Shown: positions 10,944 through 21,069, counted from the first letter of the stretch. The stretch is 64,000 nucleotides of DNA from Pedobacter sp. (GCA_050253415.1 JBFWJC010000001.1:840679-904678); one strand, 5' to 3'. Numbers and translations: made by a program. The notes: generated from the letters alone by a model not told the origin.

Positions 10944-11405
10944 ATGACCAGATCGAACGTTGGCAAGACGGTGATCCTGGCTCTGTTAGTGCTGGGAGGG
11001 TGGGGCTTTTCTGTAGCGGTGTCCGGTGCGCTCGAAACCCTGCCCGGTGGCGGTTCGCATGATGCCGTATTCGCAGAAGCTCCCTTGCGTGCTCTGTATG
11101 TGAAGACCGTGGGCCAGTTGGATAAGAACGGCCTCGCGTATTGCAACGAATACGAGGTCGTGGTCGACTATCTGGGTGAGCCGCGCCGTTATCGGCAACA
11201 CCATCCGGTTATCAACGCGGTGGTGAAATGCGATCCGGAGTTTCTGGAAACCCCACGCTGGGATATTACCTGGCGGGATCATGACGAGGATACAGACCCG
11301 CAACTGGAGCTCAGCTATGTAAAGGCCTGGTGCGAAGGGATTCATGGCGAACGGATCGCTCCATCCGAGGTCAGGCTGCTGTGTTACGAGCGACCTATTG
11401 AATGA
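10944..11405 (+). CDS. Hypothetical secreted protein with 4 Cys
   Basis: GGTGAGG RBS, hydrophobic N-terminal signal, clean ORF; no family recognised. Confidence 0.6.
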   Translation: MTRSNVGKTVILALLVLGGWGFSVAVSGALETLPGGGSHDAVFAEAPLRALYVKTVGQLDKNGLAYCNEYEVVVDYLGEPRRYRQHHPVINAVVKCDPEFLETPRWDITWRDHDEDTDPQLELSYVKAWCEGIHGERIAPSEVRLLCYERPIE

Positions 11406-11460
11406 TGAAAGAGGATCGGGTCTTTCATGACATCCCGGCTTTTGCGAAGATGGTACATAT

Positions 11461-12081
11461 TTAGTTGAATCGGACAAACAGCATAGCGCCCCGTATGATG
11501 AACCAGATGCCACCTATGCCGCACGCCACGCGTGCTGCGGCGCGCATCTCTGAAAATCTTGCGGCCAGTCCCGACAGCACAAAGGGCAGCAGGTAGACGG
11601 ATGTCGTTACAAAGAATATGGCAAAAAACGCCACACTCTGTAGCATCGATTCGCCGCGCATGGCCTGAGTCAGGGCCAGTAAAAATGGCGGACAGAGGTT
11701 GATGCCGGTGAAGAACCCTGCGGCGAACAGCACATCGTGTTTTTTGAACCATTTGGCATAGGTGTGACAGGAGACCAGGTGCGGCAATCGGTAGCCAGTC
11801 GCATGAATGAGCATAAGCCCTCCCAATAGCATGTCCCCCAAAGGCAGAAAGGCCATCACCCTCATGCCTTGTTCCCCCAGGGCCTGACCTGCGGCGTAGC
11901 TTGCGGCCCCGAACAGCATGTATGCGATCAATCTACCCGTCAGAAAAAAACCAAGCCCCCGCATCTGATGTTTCAGGCCGGATGCTTCGCCGCTGGCGAA
12001 CAGCGCCATGAGTACCGGGGCGCATGTCCCCAGGCAGAAAAAGCCTGTCGACAAACCCAGTGTCAATGCTCTTGCAATCAT
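11461..12081 (-). CDS. DsbD_2 / TauE-SafE-like multi-pass membrane protein
   Basis: FCLGTCAP, GRLIAY and NLCPP motifs; about 6 TM segments; ATGA overlap with the upstream gene. Confidence 0.75.
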   Translation of the reverse strand: MIARALTLGLSTGFFCLGTCAPVLMALFASGEASGLKHQMRGLGFFLTGRLIAYMLFGAASYAAGQALGEQGMRVMAFLPLGDMLLGGLMLIHATGYRLPHLVSCHTYAKWFKKHDVLFAAGFFTGINLCPPFLLALTQAMRGESMLQSVAFFAIFFVTTSVYLLPFVLSGLAARFSEMRAAARVACGIGGIWFIIRGAMLFVRFN

Positions 12082-12674
12082 GGTCTGCCCCCGAAAAAAT
12101 GACGGCGGCCTTCTGCGGATAAATCGTCAGGGGTCCAGCGCCGTTCCATGTCGACCGTGACCCGTACCTCTCCCGGTGCGGCCTGATGGGCCAGTTTGTT
12201 TTTGATGCCGGTCACCAGCTGTTTAAGGTAAGGGCATAACGGCGAAGTAGGAATGATGGTGATGCTCAATCCCTCTTCAGAATTTTGCGAAATCTTGCGA
12301 ATCAACCCCAGGTCGACGATGTTGATACCGAGTTCGGGGTCGATGACGGTCCGCAACGCCTCGATGAATTCCGCATTTGCAGGGTTGGTTGCAATCGCGG
12401 GGGCGACGTTCGGTGCCGGCGTTTGTTCGTCGCCAGCCTGGATGACGGGCTGGTTTTTGGAACTCATTTCCACGCCCCGGTAAGCCCCTGTCTTTGTCAT
12501 GGCTGTGACTGTGCGAGGTGTATCGACAGTCGTTACTGCTTTCGGTGTCGTGTGAGACTGCAGCGTGTATTCCATAAACAGTCCGGGCACTTGGGTGACT
12601 CCGTAGCCGATTCCGCAAAACATGGCTACCAGGAAGATACGTCGAAATGTGTGGCGGGCTGTCGATACGGGCAT
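12078..12674 (-). CDS. DUF59 (SufT-like) metal-sulfur cluster assembly protein with N-terminal membrane anchor
   Basis: VIDPELGINIVDLGLI...TSPLCP...WT motif; N-terminal hydrophobic helix and Thr/Pro-rich linker. Confidence 0.82.
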   Translation of the reverse strand: MPVSTARHTFRRIFLVAMFCGIGYGVTQVPGLFMEYTLQSHTTPKAVTTVDTPRTVTAMTKTGAYRGVEMSSKNQPVIQAGDEQTPAPNVAPAIATNPANAEFIEALRTVIDPELGINIVDLGLIRKISQNSEEGLSITIIPTSPLCPYLKQLVTGIKNKLAHQAAPGEVRVTVDMERRWTPDDLSAEGRRHFFGGRP

Positions 12675-12702
12675 TCAGAATATCCTTTGGCATCTACCAC
12701 GT

Positions 12703-12738
12703 CAGCCAACCGCACAGGTGAGGCTGTGCGGTTGGCTG
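12703..12738. terminator. 15-bp stem hairpin downstream of the MCP gene
   Basis: CAGCCAACCGCACAG-GTGAGG-CTGTGCGGTTGGCTG. Confidence 0.55.
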
Positions 12739-12756
12739 CGTTTTGGAGTCGGTTGC

Positions 12757-14976
12757 TTACGCCCTGGGAAGCATGAGTTGGTTGTCCTGCCTGCCGGCTA
12801 TTTTGGTTGGCGTCTTTGAGGCACCTGTTTTGCTCTGGCTCTCTATGATTGTTCTGAGTTTGGTGGCCATGCCGGCCAGTTCCTCTGAGGTTGCGGCGGC
12901 TTCTTCAGAGGTGGCGGTGACCATTTGCGTTGCTCCATCGACCTGGCTCAGCCCCTGGGTAATCTGGTCGATGCCGGCGGCCTGTTCGCTGGCGGCATCG
13001 GAAATTTCTTTGACGATAGCCGCTGTTTTGGCCGTCGCATCGACGATTTTTACCAGCGCCTCAGAGGTAGCACTGGCAAGCCTGTTGCCATTTTCCACCT
13101 TGCCGACGGAGTTCAGGATAAGGTCGCTGATTTCGTGAGCAGCCTGAGCGCTACGCACTGCCAAATTGCGAACCTCATCCGCAACCACCGCAAACCCCTT
13201 GCCGTGCTGTCCGGCACGGGCGGCTTCCACTGCAGCATTGAGGGACAACAGGTTGGTCTGGAAGGCGATTTCGTCGATGACCTTGGTGATCTTGACGATA
13301 TTCTGGCTCGAATCGTTGATGGCTCCCATGGCATCGAGCATGTCGTCCATCTGTTCTTTACCTGCGGTGGCGACCTCTAGTGATGTGGCACTGAGATCGT
13401 TGGCTACACCGGCGTTTTCTACGGTACCCTTGGTCTGGGCACCGATCTGGGTGAGGGCGGCGGAAATTTCTTCCAGCGAACTGGCAGCTTCGGTGGCGGC
13501 CTGGGACAGCGATTGTCCCGAATCGCTCAAAGCATGGGAACTGTGGTCCATGTTGACAGAGATATGGTCAACTTGCGAGAGAACCTCGTTGAGGTTATGC
13601 AGGGTCTTTTTCATGTCTGCGTCGTTTTTACCGAGCATCTCCGCCATGCGATCCAGGGATTCGGATAGATGTCCGATTTCATCCGACTGGTCGAGGTTCA
13701 GCCGGTCGGAAAAATCCCCCCGACTCAGGTTTTCGGCCAGGGCCATGGCCTTGGCAATGGGGCCGGTGATGCTGCGCACGATGAAAAACGACACCGCTGC
13801 GCCGATAACTGTGGCCAACAGGGCGCAGGCCAGGATTAACAGTTTGACGCCGGTGGTGCGAGTCGTCGCACCCGACTGGACGGTTTTGGCCTGGTTGATC
13901 TCCCCTTCGATAAACAGATCGAGTTTGCCCCGCATCTCGTTCATGATGTTATCACCGACACCCGATTCGACTCGGTCGGTGAGGACTTTCCAGAGTCTCT
14001 GATCGTTGCCCAGTTTCGACATGGTCTGGGCCAGCAGGCTGAGGAATTCCATAGACTGGGTAACTTTATCTTTGGATAGCACAGGGATTTGACGGATCGC
14101 CTTGATCATGGCTCCGGGATCGATGCCGAGTTCGCCGGCCAGTTTGCGAAAGTGCGCTTCATCCGGTTTTTTGGTTAAAACCTGGCCACCCAGCCATGCG
14201 CCGATCTGCCGCCCGTCCACCACGATCGGTACGGCAAAGTCGACCAGCCCGGCGTGGCATTCGTAAGCATAGGGTTTGCCGGTTTCTCCGGAGACGCGAC
14301 CCCCTTTGGCGTCGTCGCCCTGGCAGCGTACCGCGCCTTCCTTGCTCTGACGTACCAGGCCGAAACAGAAGGTGGAAAATTCGTTGAGGCTTTGCATGGC
14401 CACCGGGGTGCCGTCCTGTTCCGCCACAAGGTTTTTCATCCCGGTGACAGCGGTGAACGATTTCTGGTACTGGCGCAGGACTGCGGGATCGAGGACTTCC
14501 TCGACCTTGACCATGCCTTTATCGCCCTCAGCCTTCGCAAGTTGCTGACGTTCATCCGCACTCATGTCGATGCGTTGCCTGGCAAGGATTTCCGGTTCGG
14601 CCGCTTCCTGTCGCCATCGATCGGCCAGCACGGCGATTTCATCCAGCAGGCTAACTTGAGTGGGGCGGTCCTTGACCAGTTGCTTGAGGTAAGCGATGCG
14701 TTCATCCACCACTGTTTCGCCGTCTTGGTAAAGAGTCAGCATCTCTTTCTTGCCCGAGATCAAATACCCTTTTTCGCCGACCTGCATTTGCAGGATAACC
14801 TTTTCAAGGTCTTTGGATGCTTCTACGGCAAGGTGGGCATTATCGACTTGTTGCGATGTGGTCAGCAGTTTTTCCATGCCGTTGTAACTTAATGCACCAA
14901 GTACCAGAAGCAGGAACAGTGGTACCCCACACGCGATCAAAATTTTTACTGTTATACTCAAATCTCTGAATTTCAT
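12757..14976 (-). CDS. Methyl-accepting chemotaxis protein: TM-CHASE3(PocR insert)-TM-HAMP-MA
   Basis: Signalling domain [51 protein letters not shown]3 GEKGYLISG; PocR FC...RC...[14 protein letters not shown]...GGQV. Confidence 0.92.
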   Translation of the reverse strand: MKFRDLSITVKILIACGVPLFLLLVLGALSYNGMEKLLTTSQQVDNAHLAVEASKDLEKVILQMQVGEKGYLISGKKEMLTLYQDGETVVDERIAYLKQLVKDRPTQVSLLDEIAVLADRWRQEAAEPEILARQRIDMSADERQQLAKAEGDKGMVKVEEVLDPAVLRQYQKSFTAVTGMKNLVAEQDGTPVAMQSLNEFSTFCFGLVRQSKEGAVRCQGDDAKGGRVSGETGKPYAYECHAGLVDFAVPIVVDGRQIGAWLGGQVLTKKPDEAHFRKLAGELGIDPGAMIKAIRQIPVLSKDKVTQSMEFLSLLAQTMSKLGNDQRLWKVLTDRVESGVGDNIMNEMRGKLDLFIEGEINQAKTVQSGATTRTTGVKLLILACALLATVIGAAVSFFIVRSITGPIAKAMALAENLSRGDFSDRLNLDQSDEIGHLSESLDRMAEMLGKNDADMKKTLHNLNEVLSQVDHISVNMDHSSHALSDSGQSLSQAATEAASSLEEISAALTQIGAQTKGTVENAGVANDLSATSLEVATAGKEQMDDMLDAMGAINDSSQNIVKITKVIDEIAFQTNLLSLNAAVEAARAGQHGKGFAVVADEVRNLAVRSAQAAHEISDLILNSVGKVENGNRLASATSEALVKIVDATAKTAAIVKEISDAASEQAAGIDQITQGLSQVDGATQMVTATSEEAAATSEELAGMATKLRTIIESQSKTGASKTPTKIAGRQDNQLMLPRA

Positions 14977-15100
14977 GGTTTTCCCCCCCCATTTTGAGTC
15001 GTTCAAAACAATGTTCAGTTCATGCTCCTGTATATTTTTTTATTGATCCGTTGCGCGTTGGCCACGAGCCTCCTCGAACCATGGCAATCGATTCTATTTG

Positions 15101-15116
15101 GCAATATGCATGCCGG
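15101..15116 (-). promoter_or_regulatory. Sigma54 -24/-12 promoter for the MCP gene
   Basis: Minus strand CCGGCATGCATATTGC (GG-N10-GC); IHF-like TTTCAAGTAGTTA at 15182-15194 further upstream. Confidence 0.6.
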
Positions 15117-15679
15117 ACCATGCTTGGGAAACTGGGGTATTAAAACTGGGTTTTAGTATCTATGTCGGAATAATGACACATTTTCAAGTAGTTAATCCCG
15201 CAGCTAAATCAGGAGATTGATAGCCTGTGCTGCCAAAACTCATTAGGCAATTCTTTTTAATTGGGACTGGCCGAGGGGATGAAATCACTGTCGCATGCTG
15301 AGGCAAATGTCTCTTTTTATTGGAAGAAATGTATCCTCAATTTTATTTGTCTCGCTATCTGGACTGAAGGAATGGATGCTGTTCGAATGTAAAAAAAATT
15401 TCAGGTGTGGGATTTACGAGTTGTTTTGCTTCGTTAATTTGCTTATATTCGATGAGTATTTTTTATTCAGACAGAGGTAAACTCTGTTTTATTGCTGATC
15501 GGTTTGCCGGCTCGGCTGCAAGAGCCTCTTGCTCAAACATACGGTCATTGTTTGGAAAAGGGAGAGGGCTTATCGCCGTTTTGGTACTATTGCCGATCAA
15601 AATGGGGAATTTGGGAGTCTCGCACGTTTATCTTTAGTGAGAGTGTCGTGCCACCAACAGGATTTAAAGGAGAGTACTC

Positions 15680-16021
15680 ATGGAAAATGCACAAACTGGG
15701 ACTATGAATCAGGAATCGAAAAATATGGCTCTGCTCATCTGGATCGGCACCATATTTTTTGGGTTCATTCCCGGCCTGGTGTTTTATCTCATCAAAAAAG
15801 ACGATCCGTATGTCATGGGGCAGGCGAAGGAAGCCCTGAACTGGTCGATTACCGCAGCCATCGGTTTGGTCATAGGGGGGATTTTGACGGTTATTTTGAT
15901 CGGGTTCCTGGTGGTGCTTGCTATCTGGGTCGGCAACCTGGTCTTCTGTATCATGGGAGCCGTCGCTTGTTCCAACGGCAAGGACTTTAAGGTTCCCTAT
16001 ACCCTTCGCCTGATTAAATAA
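15680..16021 (+). CDS. DUF4870-family membrane protein
   Basis: L...K.D.YV..QAKEALNW.IT, G.DF.VP..LRLIK; AAGGAG RBS. Confidence 0.88.
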   Translation: MENAQTGTMNQESKNMALLIWIGTIFFGFIPGLVFYLIKKDDPYVMGQAKEALNWSITAAIGLVIGGILTVILIGFLVVLAIWVGNLVFCIMGAVACSNGKDFKVPYTLRLIK

Positions 16022-16068
16022 TTTTTCAGGCAGGGTTACCCTGCAATACAACGTTTCATCAAAACCAG

Positions 16069-16116
16069 AGGCGCCTGGCCCTACCCGATAACGGTTAGGC
16101 TCTGGCGCCTTTTTTT
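16069..16116 (+). terminator. Intrinsic terminator after DUF4870 gene
   Basis: AGGCGCC...GGCGCCT stem followed by a T run. Confidence 0.6.
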
Positions 16117-16280
16117 AGTGGATAAGGCAAATAATGATGACACGGGGGAAGTCAGGATATGTCAACCTCCTCGTTATAGACGGTATGCCGTTGAGCTCTA
16201 AAGGCAATCCTGTTACATTGCCTTAGGCATACAGTCTTTGCGGGCTGTTTTTTTAAATTGACTTGTACCATGGAGGTTCC

Positions 16281-17264
16281 ATGTCCAGTGATTCGCACCC
16301 CTTTCGCACTCTCACCCCCGAATTTGTTATGGATGCCGTGGAGAGCCAGGGATATCTTTGCGATTGCCGAACCCTGGGCCTCAACAGCTATGAGAATCGC
16401 GTCTATCAGGTTGGTATCGAGGGCGAAGCGCCCCTCATCGCAAAATTCTACCGCCCCGAACGATGGAGCGAGGCCCAGATACGCGAGGAACACCGGTTTT
16501 GCTTCGAACTTGTCGAGCATGAATTGCCGGTTGTCGCACCAATGCTCAATGACCAGGGGGAGAGCCTGTTTTCTTTTGGCGGCTTCCGGTTTGCGCTCTA
16601 TCCACGCAAAGGAGGACACGCCCCGGAGTTGGACAACCTCCAAAACCTCCTGATTCTCGGTCGACTGATGGGCCGCATCCATAGCGTCGGCGCCCTGCAT
16701 CCGTTTACAGAGCGTCCGCGACTCGACTCCCGAAGTTTCGGCCATGACGCCGTTGCTGTGGTGAGCGAACGGTTCGTACCCGTTGAGTTTAAAAGTCATT
16801 ACGATGTGTTGACCAGGGATTTGCTGCAGGGGATAGAGGAGATCATGGATCGCGTCGGCCACGTGCGCTATATCCGTACCCATGGCGATTGCCATGCGGG
16901 CAATATCCTGTGGCGCGACGGCGGGCCCCATTTTGTCGATTTCGATGATGCGCGGATGGCACCCGCGGTGCAGGACCTGTGGATGATGCTGTCAGGAGAT
17001 CGGGCCAGCAAAACGGCGCAGCTCTGTGAAATCCTCGATGGCTACACGGAGTTCAATCACTTCGATCCCCGTGAATTGCAGCTGATCGAGGCGTTGCGCA
17101 GCTTGCGAATCCTGCATTTTACCGCGTGGCTGGCGCTGCGTTGGGAAGATCCTGCGTTTGCACCGAGCTTCCCCTGGTTTAATACGCCGCGCTACTGGGG
17201 CGACCATATTCTGGAAATACGCGAACAGATCGCGGCCTTGCAGGAACCGGCGTTGCAGGTTTAA
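16281..17264 (+). CDS. srkA: Stress-response Ser/Thr kinase SrkA (RdoA/YihE)
   Basis: LNSYENRVYQ, KFYRPERWS, HGDCHAGNILW, VDFDD, AVQDLWM, RWEDPAF. Confidence 0.95.
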   Translation: MSSDSHPFRTLTPEFVMDAVESQGYLCDCRTLGLNSYENRVYQVGIEGEAPLIAKFYRPERWSEAQIREEHRFCFELVEHELPVVAPMLNDQGESLFSFGGFRFALYPRKGGHAPELDNLQNLLILGRLMGRIHSVGALHPFTERPRLDSRSFGHDAVAVVSERFVPVEFKSHYDVLTRDLLQGIEEIMDRVGHVRYIRTHGDCHAGNILWRDGGPHFVDFDDARMAPAVQDLWMMLSGDRASKTAQLCEILDGYTEFNHFDPRELQLIEALRSLRILHFTAWLALRWEDPAFAPSFPWFNTPRYWGDHILEIREQIAALQEPALQV

Positions 17265-17347
17265 GAGATATTTTAAAGGCGTGTGATAAAAGCCTCGTAG
17301 TATGTGTGCTGAGGTACGAAGCGCATCGATGCTGGCCATCGACTTCA

Positions 17348-18433
17348 AGACCGCGGGGTCGCGCTCCTGCCCGGCGCCTTACTCTTTTAAAACGCGTTAA
17401 AAGAGTAAGCAGAAAAGCGCGCCCCGACTCCTTGCCCGCCTGCGGCGGGTACCCTGCGCTACGCAACCGTCGGGCGGGCGGAGAAGATTCGCTGCGCTCA
17501 GTCCTCCGCCTGTTTCGCCCGCCGCTTGCTGCGCTCCGGCGGCGTCACAGGGGATTTCACAGCAAAAGCAAAAGCGTTTATCAAATCCAGCTGCGCCGGT
17601 TCAGGCAACAGTTGTGCTGCTGTCTATGCGACTCACCTCTGCCGGCAAATGAAGCCCTACGAAGACGTGTCGCTTGTCATTTGCAGCCACGGTGCCCCGA
17701 TACAGGCACTATCGCGACAGACATAACGGCGAAGCCAGACCCTACGTCCTTTCTTTGCTTACTTTCTATAGACGGGTAAAGAAAGTAAGCCGGCTGCCGG
17801 CCGGGACCGGCGAAGTTGAAGTTAAGGTTCCAAGGTTTCCGACAACCAAACACCAACTTCCAGACCGCGGGGTTGCGCCCCCGCCCGGCGCCTTACTCTT
17901 TTAAAACGCGTCAAAAGAGTAAGCAGAAAAGCGCGCCCCTTTCCTTGCCCGCCTGCGGCGGGTACCCTTCGCTACGCAACCGTCGGGCGGGCGGAGAAGA
18001 TTCGCTGCGCTCAGTCCTCCGCCTGTTTCGCCCGCCGCTTGCTCCGCTCCGGCGGCGTCACAGGGGGAATCTCACGGCAAAGACAAACGCAAGAGCGTTT
18101 ATCAAATTCAGCTGCGCCGGTGCCTGCAACAGTTGTGCTGCTGTCTATGCGACTCACCTCTGCCGGCAAATGAAGCCCTACGAAGACGTGTCGCTTGTCA
18201 TTTGCAGTCACGGTGCCCCGATACAGGCACTATCGCGACAGACATAAAGGCGAAGCCAGACCCAACGTCCTTTCTTTGCTTACTTTCTATAGACGGGTAA
18301 AGAAAGTAAGCCGTCTTCCGGCCGGGACCGGCGGTGTTGACGTTCCGTTCTCAAGAATCCAACCCTTACATACAAGACCGCGGGGGCGTGCCCCCTCCCG
18401 TCGATCGCTCAGCTCTGCCGGCGTCACAGGGGA
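17348..18433. repeat. Non-coding array of ~514-bp units: element A (+) 17348-17554 and 17862-18067, truncated A 18375-18433; element B (-) ~17573-17812 and ~18094-18333
   Basis: Near-identical copies read directly (AGACCGCGGGG at 17348, 17862, 18375); many internal hairpins; divergent spacers between units. Confidence 0.93.
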
Positions 18434-18454
18434 AGTCAATATTCTTTTTAAAAT

Positions 18455-18488
18455 CAAAACAGGGCCGGTGTTTACAACACCGGCCCTG
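18455..18488 (-). terminator. Intrinsic terminator of the FKBP gene
   Basis: CAGGGCCGGTGTT-TAC-AACACCGGCCCTG with a T run on the minus strand. Confidence 0.65.
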
Positions 18489-18595
18489 CTGGTTAGAAAA
18501 ACTGAGCAAAAGGTTAAAACGTTGCGGGAGAGCGCCACCCTCCTGGGCCATCCGGTACAAACGACCAGTGACAAATGACGGTTTTCCCCATCCCT

Positions 18596-19282
18596 TTACT
18601 TAACCTCGATCAACTCCACATCGAAAATCAACGTCGCATTCGGTGCGATGCCGTTTGTACCTTTGGTGCCGTAGGCAAGGTCAGACGGGATAAACAGCTG
18701 CCACTTGGCGCCGGGTTTCATCATCAACAATGCTTCGGTCCAGCCGCGAATGACCCCCTGCACCGGAAACGTGGCAGGTTGTCCGCGTTTGTAAGAGCTG
18801 TCGAACTCCGTTCCATCCAGCAGGCGGCCGCGGTAATGGACGGTTACCCGATCCTGCAGTCCCGGGCGCTTGCCGGCACCGGCTTCGATGACTTTGTATT
18901 GCAGACCGCTGGTGCTACTGATAACCCCGGGCTGTTGCCGGTTTTTGTTTAAAAAGGCTTTGCCCTCCCAAAGATTTTTTTCCGCCAGTTCATTTTTCAG
19001 CATCTGCTGATGGGCAAGAGAGGTTTTCTGCAACTCCATCAGAGCTTCCCGACGCTGTTGTTCATCCAGGGCCGGAGTCTTGTCGGACTGGGCATCTTTC
19101 AGGCCTTGCAGCAGCAAGTCGGGATCGACAACGATCCCCTGCATCTTGAAATCGCTGCCGATTTTGTGGCCAAGGCTATAACTGGCACGGGCTTCAGGGG
19201 TTTGCAAATTGGGTGCGTCCTGTGCCCAGAGGGTGGCGGGCATACATGCCAGAGCGAGTACTATGCCAACAAGGTATTTCAT
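18596..19282 (-). CDS. Periplasmic FKBP-type peptidyl-prolyl isomerase (Mip/FklB-like)
   Basis: Signal peptide, SYSLG dimerisation domain, SGLQY, V.VHYRG.L.DGTEFDSS, VIRGWTEAL, LIFDVEL. Confidence 0.95.
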   Translation of the reverse strand: MKYLVGIVLALACMPATLWAQDAPNLQTPEARASYSLGHKIGSDFKMQGIVVDPDLLLQGLKDAQSDKTPALDEQQRREALMELQKTSLAHQQMLKNELAEKNLWEGKAFLNKNRQQPGVISSTSGLQYKVIEAGAGKRPGLQDRVTVHYRGRLLDGTEFDSSYKRGQPATFPVQGVIRGWTEALLMMKPGAKWQLFIPSDLAYGTKGTNGIAPNATLIFDVELIEVK

Positions 19283-19705
19283 AACGGGTCCTTTTCTCGT
19301 GGGAGGTATTCGGTGAAAGGCGGTTTATCAAGCGTCCGGTCCGGATACATTAAAAGACCGGCATGATGCTGTCAATACTCGGATGATGTACGTATCGTGA
19401 TGAAGTCCGCCTGCCCTCAGGTGCGGTCTCTCAGAGCAAGAGATAATGTCGACCTTTTGCCGGTTATTCTATCTGGGATCAAGGTGTTAATGGACAACTG
19501 GGCTGCTGATGATAAAAAACTCCCACGAGCCCATCTCTGGGGATTTTTTTAGGTGCGGTAGGGGCAGGGCTACATATTGTACTTTAACCAAAGGGAGGTA
19601 AGCTTTGTTCCTCGGGGTAGGGTATGACTTCGTTTGCCGCCTTCAACCCTTTCAAGGGATATTTGACCGCTTTGTTCTGACCGGGGCCTTCAATATCGGT
19701 TGCTA

Positions 19706-19720
19706 TGGTATGGAATTTGT
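19706..19720 (+). promoter_or_regulatory. Possible sigma54 promoter for the alcohol dehydrogenase
   Basis: TGGTATGGAATTTGT: GG-N10-GT, one mismatch at the conserved -12 C. Confidence 0.3.
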
Positions 19721-19831
19721 TGGATTGCGGTTTGTCGGCTGCAGGAGATGAGTGTGTCGGGACAGTAAGGCTCGGAAACGGGCCTTTGGTTGCATAAGGT
19801 TGTTCATTCTGTTTGCAAAGGAGTAATGCTC

Positions 19832-20977
19832 ATGGAGTTTATGTTCGGTATCCCCAGTTTTGTGCAGTTCGGTTCAGGTGTCGGCAAAAAGGTAGGCGAG
19901 GTTGCCAGGAGCCTGGGCGCGCAAAAGGTGTTTTTCGTTTACGACCAGGGGATCAAGGATGCCGGCCTGTCGGCTTGCGTGCTGGACTCGTTGCAAACGG
20001 CCGGGCTTGAGGTGCTGGAGTATGGCGAGGTTCTGGCCAATCCTACAGATATCCAGGTCGAAGAGGCTGCGGCGCTGGCCCGAAAGTTCAAGGCTGAAGT
20101 CACCGTCGCGCTAGGCGGCGGTTCTTCCATCGATTGCGCCAAAGCCATCAACATCCTGCAAACCAACCCTTCTCCCATCAACCAGTATGACGGTCTGAAT
20201 ATGGTCGGCCTGCCGACCAAGCCGTTGATCGCCATACCTACCACCGCCGGGACCGCCAGCGAGGTGACCGCTTTTTCCATTGTCACCGACACCGTGCGCC
20301 AGAAAAAAATGGTCATCGGCGGCCAGTTCGTCGGTGCCAGCATGGCGCTGGTCGATCCGGACATGACCGTCGGCATGCCGGCGGCCCTGACTGCGGCAAC
20401 CGGCATGGACGCCCTGACGCATGCTATCGAGGCCTATGTTTCAAAAAACGCCATGGTGCCGACGGACCTGTTTGCCCTCAAGGCCATCGAATTGATCTAT
20501 GGCAACTTGCTGCGAGCCACCCAAAACGGGAAAGATATGGAGGCCCGCAGCAACATGTTGCTCGGCAGCATGCTGGCCGGACATGCTTTTAACTGCGCGG
20601 TGCTCGGCCTGGTGCATAGCATCGCCCATCCGCTGAGCGTGCATTGCGGGTTGCCCCATGGGGTGGCCAATGCGGCGGGGCTCCCTTTTGTGATGGAGTA
20701 CAACGCTGCGGTGGCGGGGGAGAAGACCCGGGATATCGCGCTGGCGATGGGGCTGGATGTAGCCGGCAAATCGGTGGATGAGGCGGCGACGGCGGCCGTC
20801 GATGCCATCAAGCAACTGTCCCGGAAGCTGAAGATTCCGACCCTGGGTGAGCTTGGCGTGCCGAAGGAGAAATTTGACCGTATCGCCGAGGACGCCCTGC
20901 AGGAGATTTCGACCATTTTCAATCCCCGCGCACCGAGCAAGGAAGACGTACTCGCTATCCTGAAACAAGCCTACTGA
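19832..20977 (+). CDS. Iron-containing alcohol dehydrogenase
   Basis: GGGSSIDCAK, IPTTAGTASEVT, GMDALTHAIEAY, H..AH......PHG. Confidence 0.95.
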   Translation: MEFMFGIPSFVQFGSGVGKKVGEVARSLGAQKVFFVYDQGIKDAGLSACVLDSLQTAGLEVLEYGEVLANPTDIQVEEAAALARKFKAEVTVALGGGSSIDCAKAINILQTNPSPINQYDGLNMVGLPTKPLIAIPTTAGTASEVTAFSIVTDTVRQKKMVIGGQFVGASMALVDPDMTVGMPAALTAATGMDALTHAIEAYVSKNAMVPTDLFALKAIELIYGNLLRATQNGKDMEARSNMLLGSMLAGHAFNCAVLGLVHSIAHPLSVHCGLPHGVANAAGLPFVMEYNAAVAGEKTRDIALAMGLDVAGKSVDEAATAAVDAIKQLSRKLKIPTLGELGVPKEKFDRIAEDALQEISTIFNPRAPSKEDVLAILKQAY

Positions 20978-21069
20978 GACCTTGTACCACATGGCGGGCG
21001 GCCTTTGGGTCGCCCATCCACCCCTGCGATTCTCCCGCGTCTTTGCCCTTTTCAACAGAGAGGTTACCA

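Noticed and set aside
14983..14990. G8 tract before the MCP start as a phase-variation site
   Set aside because: It most simply serves as a G-rich Shine-Dalgarno; the frame from the ATG at 14976 is unaffected.
17348..18433. CRISPR interpretation of the repeat/spacer pattern
   Set aside because: Repeats are ~460 bp rather than 23-50 bp, there are only 2-3 units, and no cas genes are present.
17179..18603. Several 60-157 aa ORFs across the repeat array
   Set aside because: Their frames are not preserved consistently between copies and the composition reflects GC-rich palindromes; treated as non-coding.
19395..19530. Fluoride-riboswitch-like words (TGATGAAGTCCGCC, GCTGATGA)
   Set aside because: Spacing and pairing do not fit the consensus, and the downstream gene is an ADH.
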